Below are positions 49,101-49,613 of a stretch of 49,613 nt of DNA, piece by piece. The translations under genes were made by a program, and so were the position numbers. Numbering within the stretch: position 1 is the stretch's first letter; the number at the start of each line of letters is the position of its first letter. The DNA comes from Basidiobolus meristosporus CBS 931.73 (Eukaryota > Fungi > Basidiobolomycota): positions 1 to 49,613 of the forward strand of contig MCFE01000652.1 in assembly GCA_002104905.1 (NCBI GenBank), read 5' to 3'. The notes under the pieces were generated by a model. The model had not been told where the DNA came from and made no database searches. It was given only the letters and a program-made list of their open reading frames with translations.

Positions 49101-49613
49101 AAAACAGTCACCAACAGGTGAAATCTTTATTTCAGTTGAAACAAAGAAGCCAGCGCTACTGTTGTAGCTTTGATACAAGAGTGTTTAGCTGAGGGGAATT
49201 TGTAGGTAAGTTAATAAGAAGTGATGATAGTTCTTCGGTGCTCAAGACACTGTTCAGTGGGAAGGGGGGTAGCAAGAGAGGTAAGAATGACTTGTGAACA
49301 ACATTGATGAGGGGAATGTGATAAGGATTGATATTCATCATAAAGGGTGTGTGCTGCTGCAGATATTGCTGCCAAAGGTCTGTCAAGTACTTCAGGTAGG
49401 CCAGCTTGGGTTTTTCTGACTGCAGAATATAATGAGCAAACTTCTTGACTTCAGGATCTCCAAGTATAGTTGTCCAGCAGGAGCCAGGTGTAGTGTGGTG
49501 TGTTCTCTTCCAGGCCTTAATCAGTGGGTTGTTGGAGTGGTGAAGTCTGAGGTATAATCTGGTTCTAAGGTAGAGAAGTCTGATCTTATAGGGCATAAAC
49601 CCAAAAGCACCAA
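49101..49613 (-). mobile_element. RT unit 3, 3' part, running off the window end
   Basis: ORF 49156-49596 matches the C-terminus of 45570-46454 with 6 amino-acid differences. Same 3' terminus. Confidence 0.93.

Noticed and set aside
1-49613. CRISPR array, prokaryotic operon, rRNA/tRNA genes, and the many 60-130 aa track ORFs
   Set aside because: There is no regular repeat-spacer array or RNA-gene signature. The PBS motifs are tRNA complements, not genes. The short ORFs are frameshifted TE pieces or antisense frames.

Overview
Eukaryotic, probably fungal, heterochromatic or subtelomeric repeat DNA. I found no host gene, rRNA, tRNA or CRISPR array. The fungal call rests on yeast-type tRNAi-Met PBS GGTTATGAGCCC, TTAGGG motifs and fungal-style CACTA Tnp2. 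Bases 1-40 kb are a nested, CpG-depleted transposon graveyard: two Ty1/Copia families (A and B), one Ty3/Gypsy family, CACTA/EnSpm (Tnp2-like) remnants, solo LTRs and a 734-bp foldback MITE, several with readable target-site duplications (TSDs). Bases 40117-45464 form a 5.35-kb palindrome of two near-identical Copia-derived LTR+PBS+degenerate-internal arms pointing inward around a 352-bp AT-rich loop. Bases 45465-49613 are a head-to-tail array of minus-strand non-LTR retroelement pieces: RT units and a separate ORF1-only unit share a 3' AATAAA+hairpin terminus, and nearly every junction carries TTAGG(G). This array is the best candidate for an undescribed system, a bipartite telomere-attaching LINE-like element. 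All alignments and identities were made by eye and are approximate. Boundaries not fixed by a TSD, LTR end or PBS are approximate.
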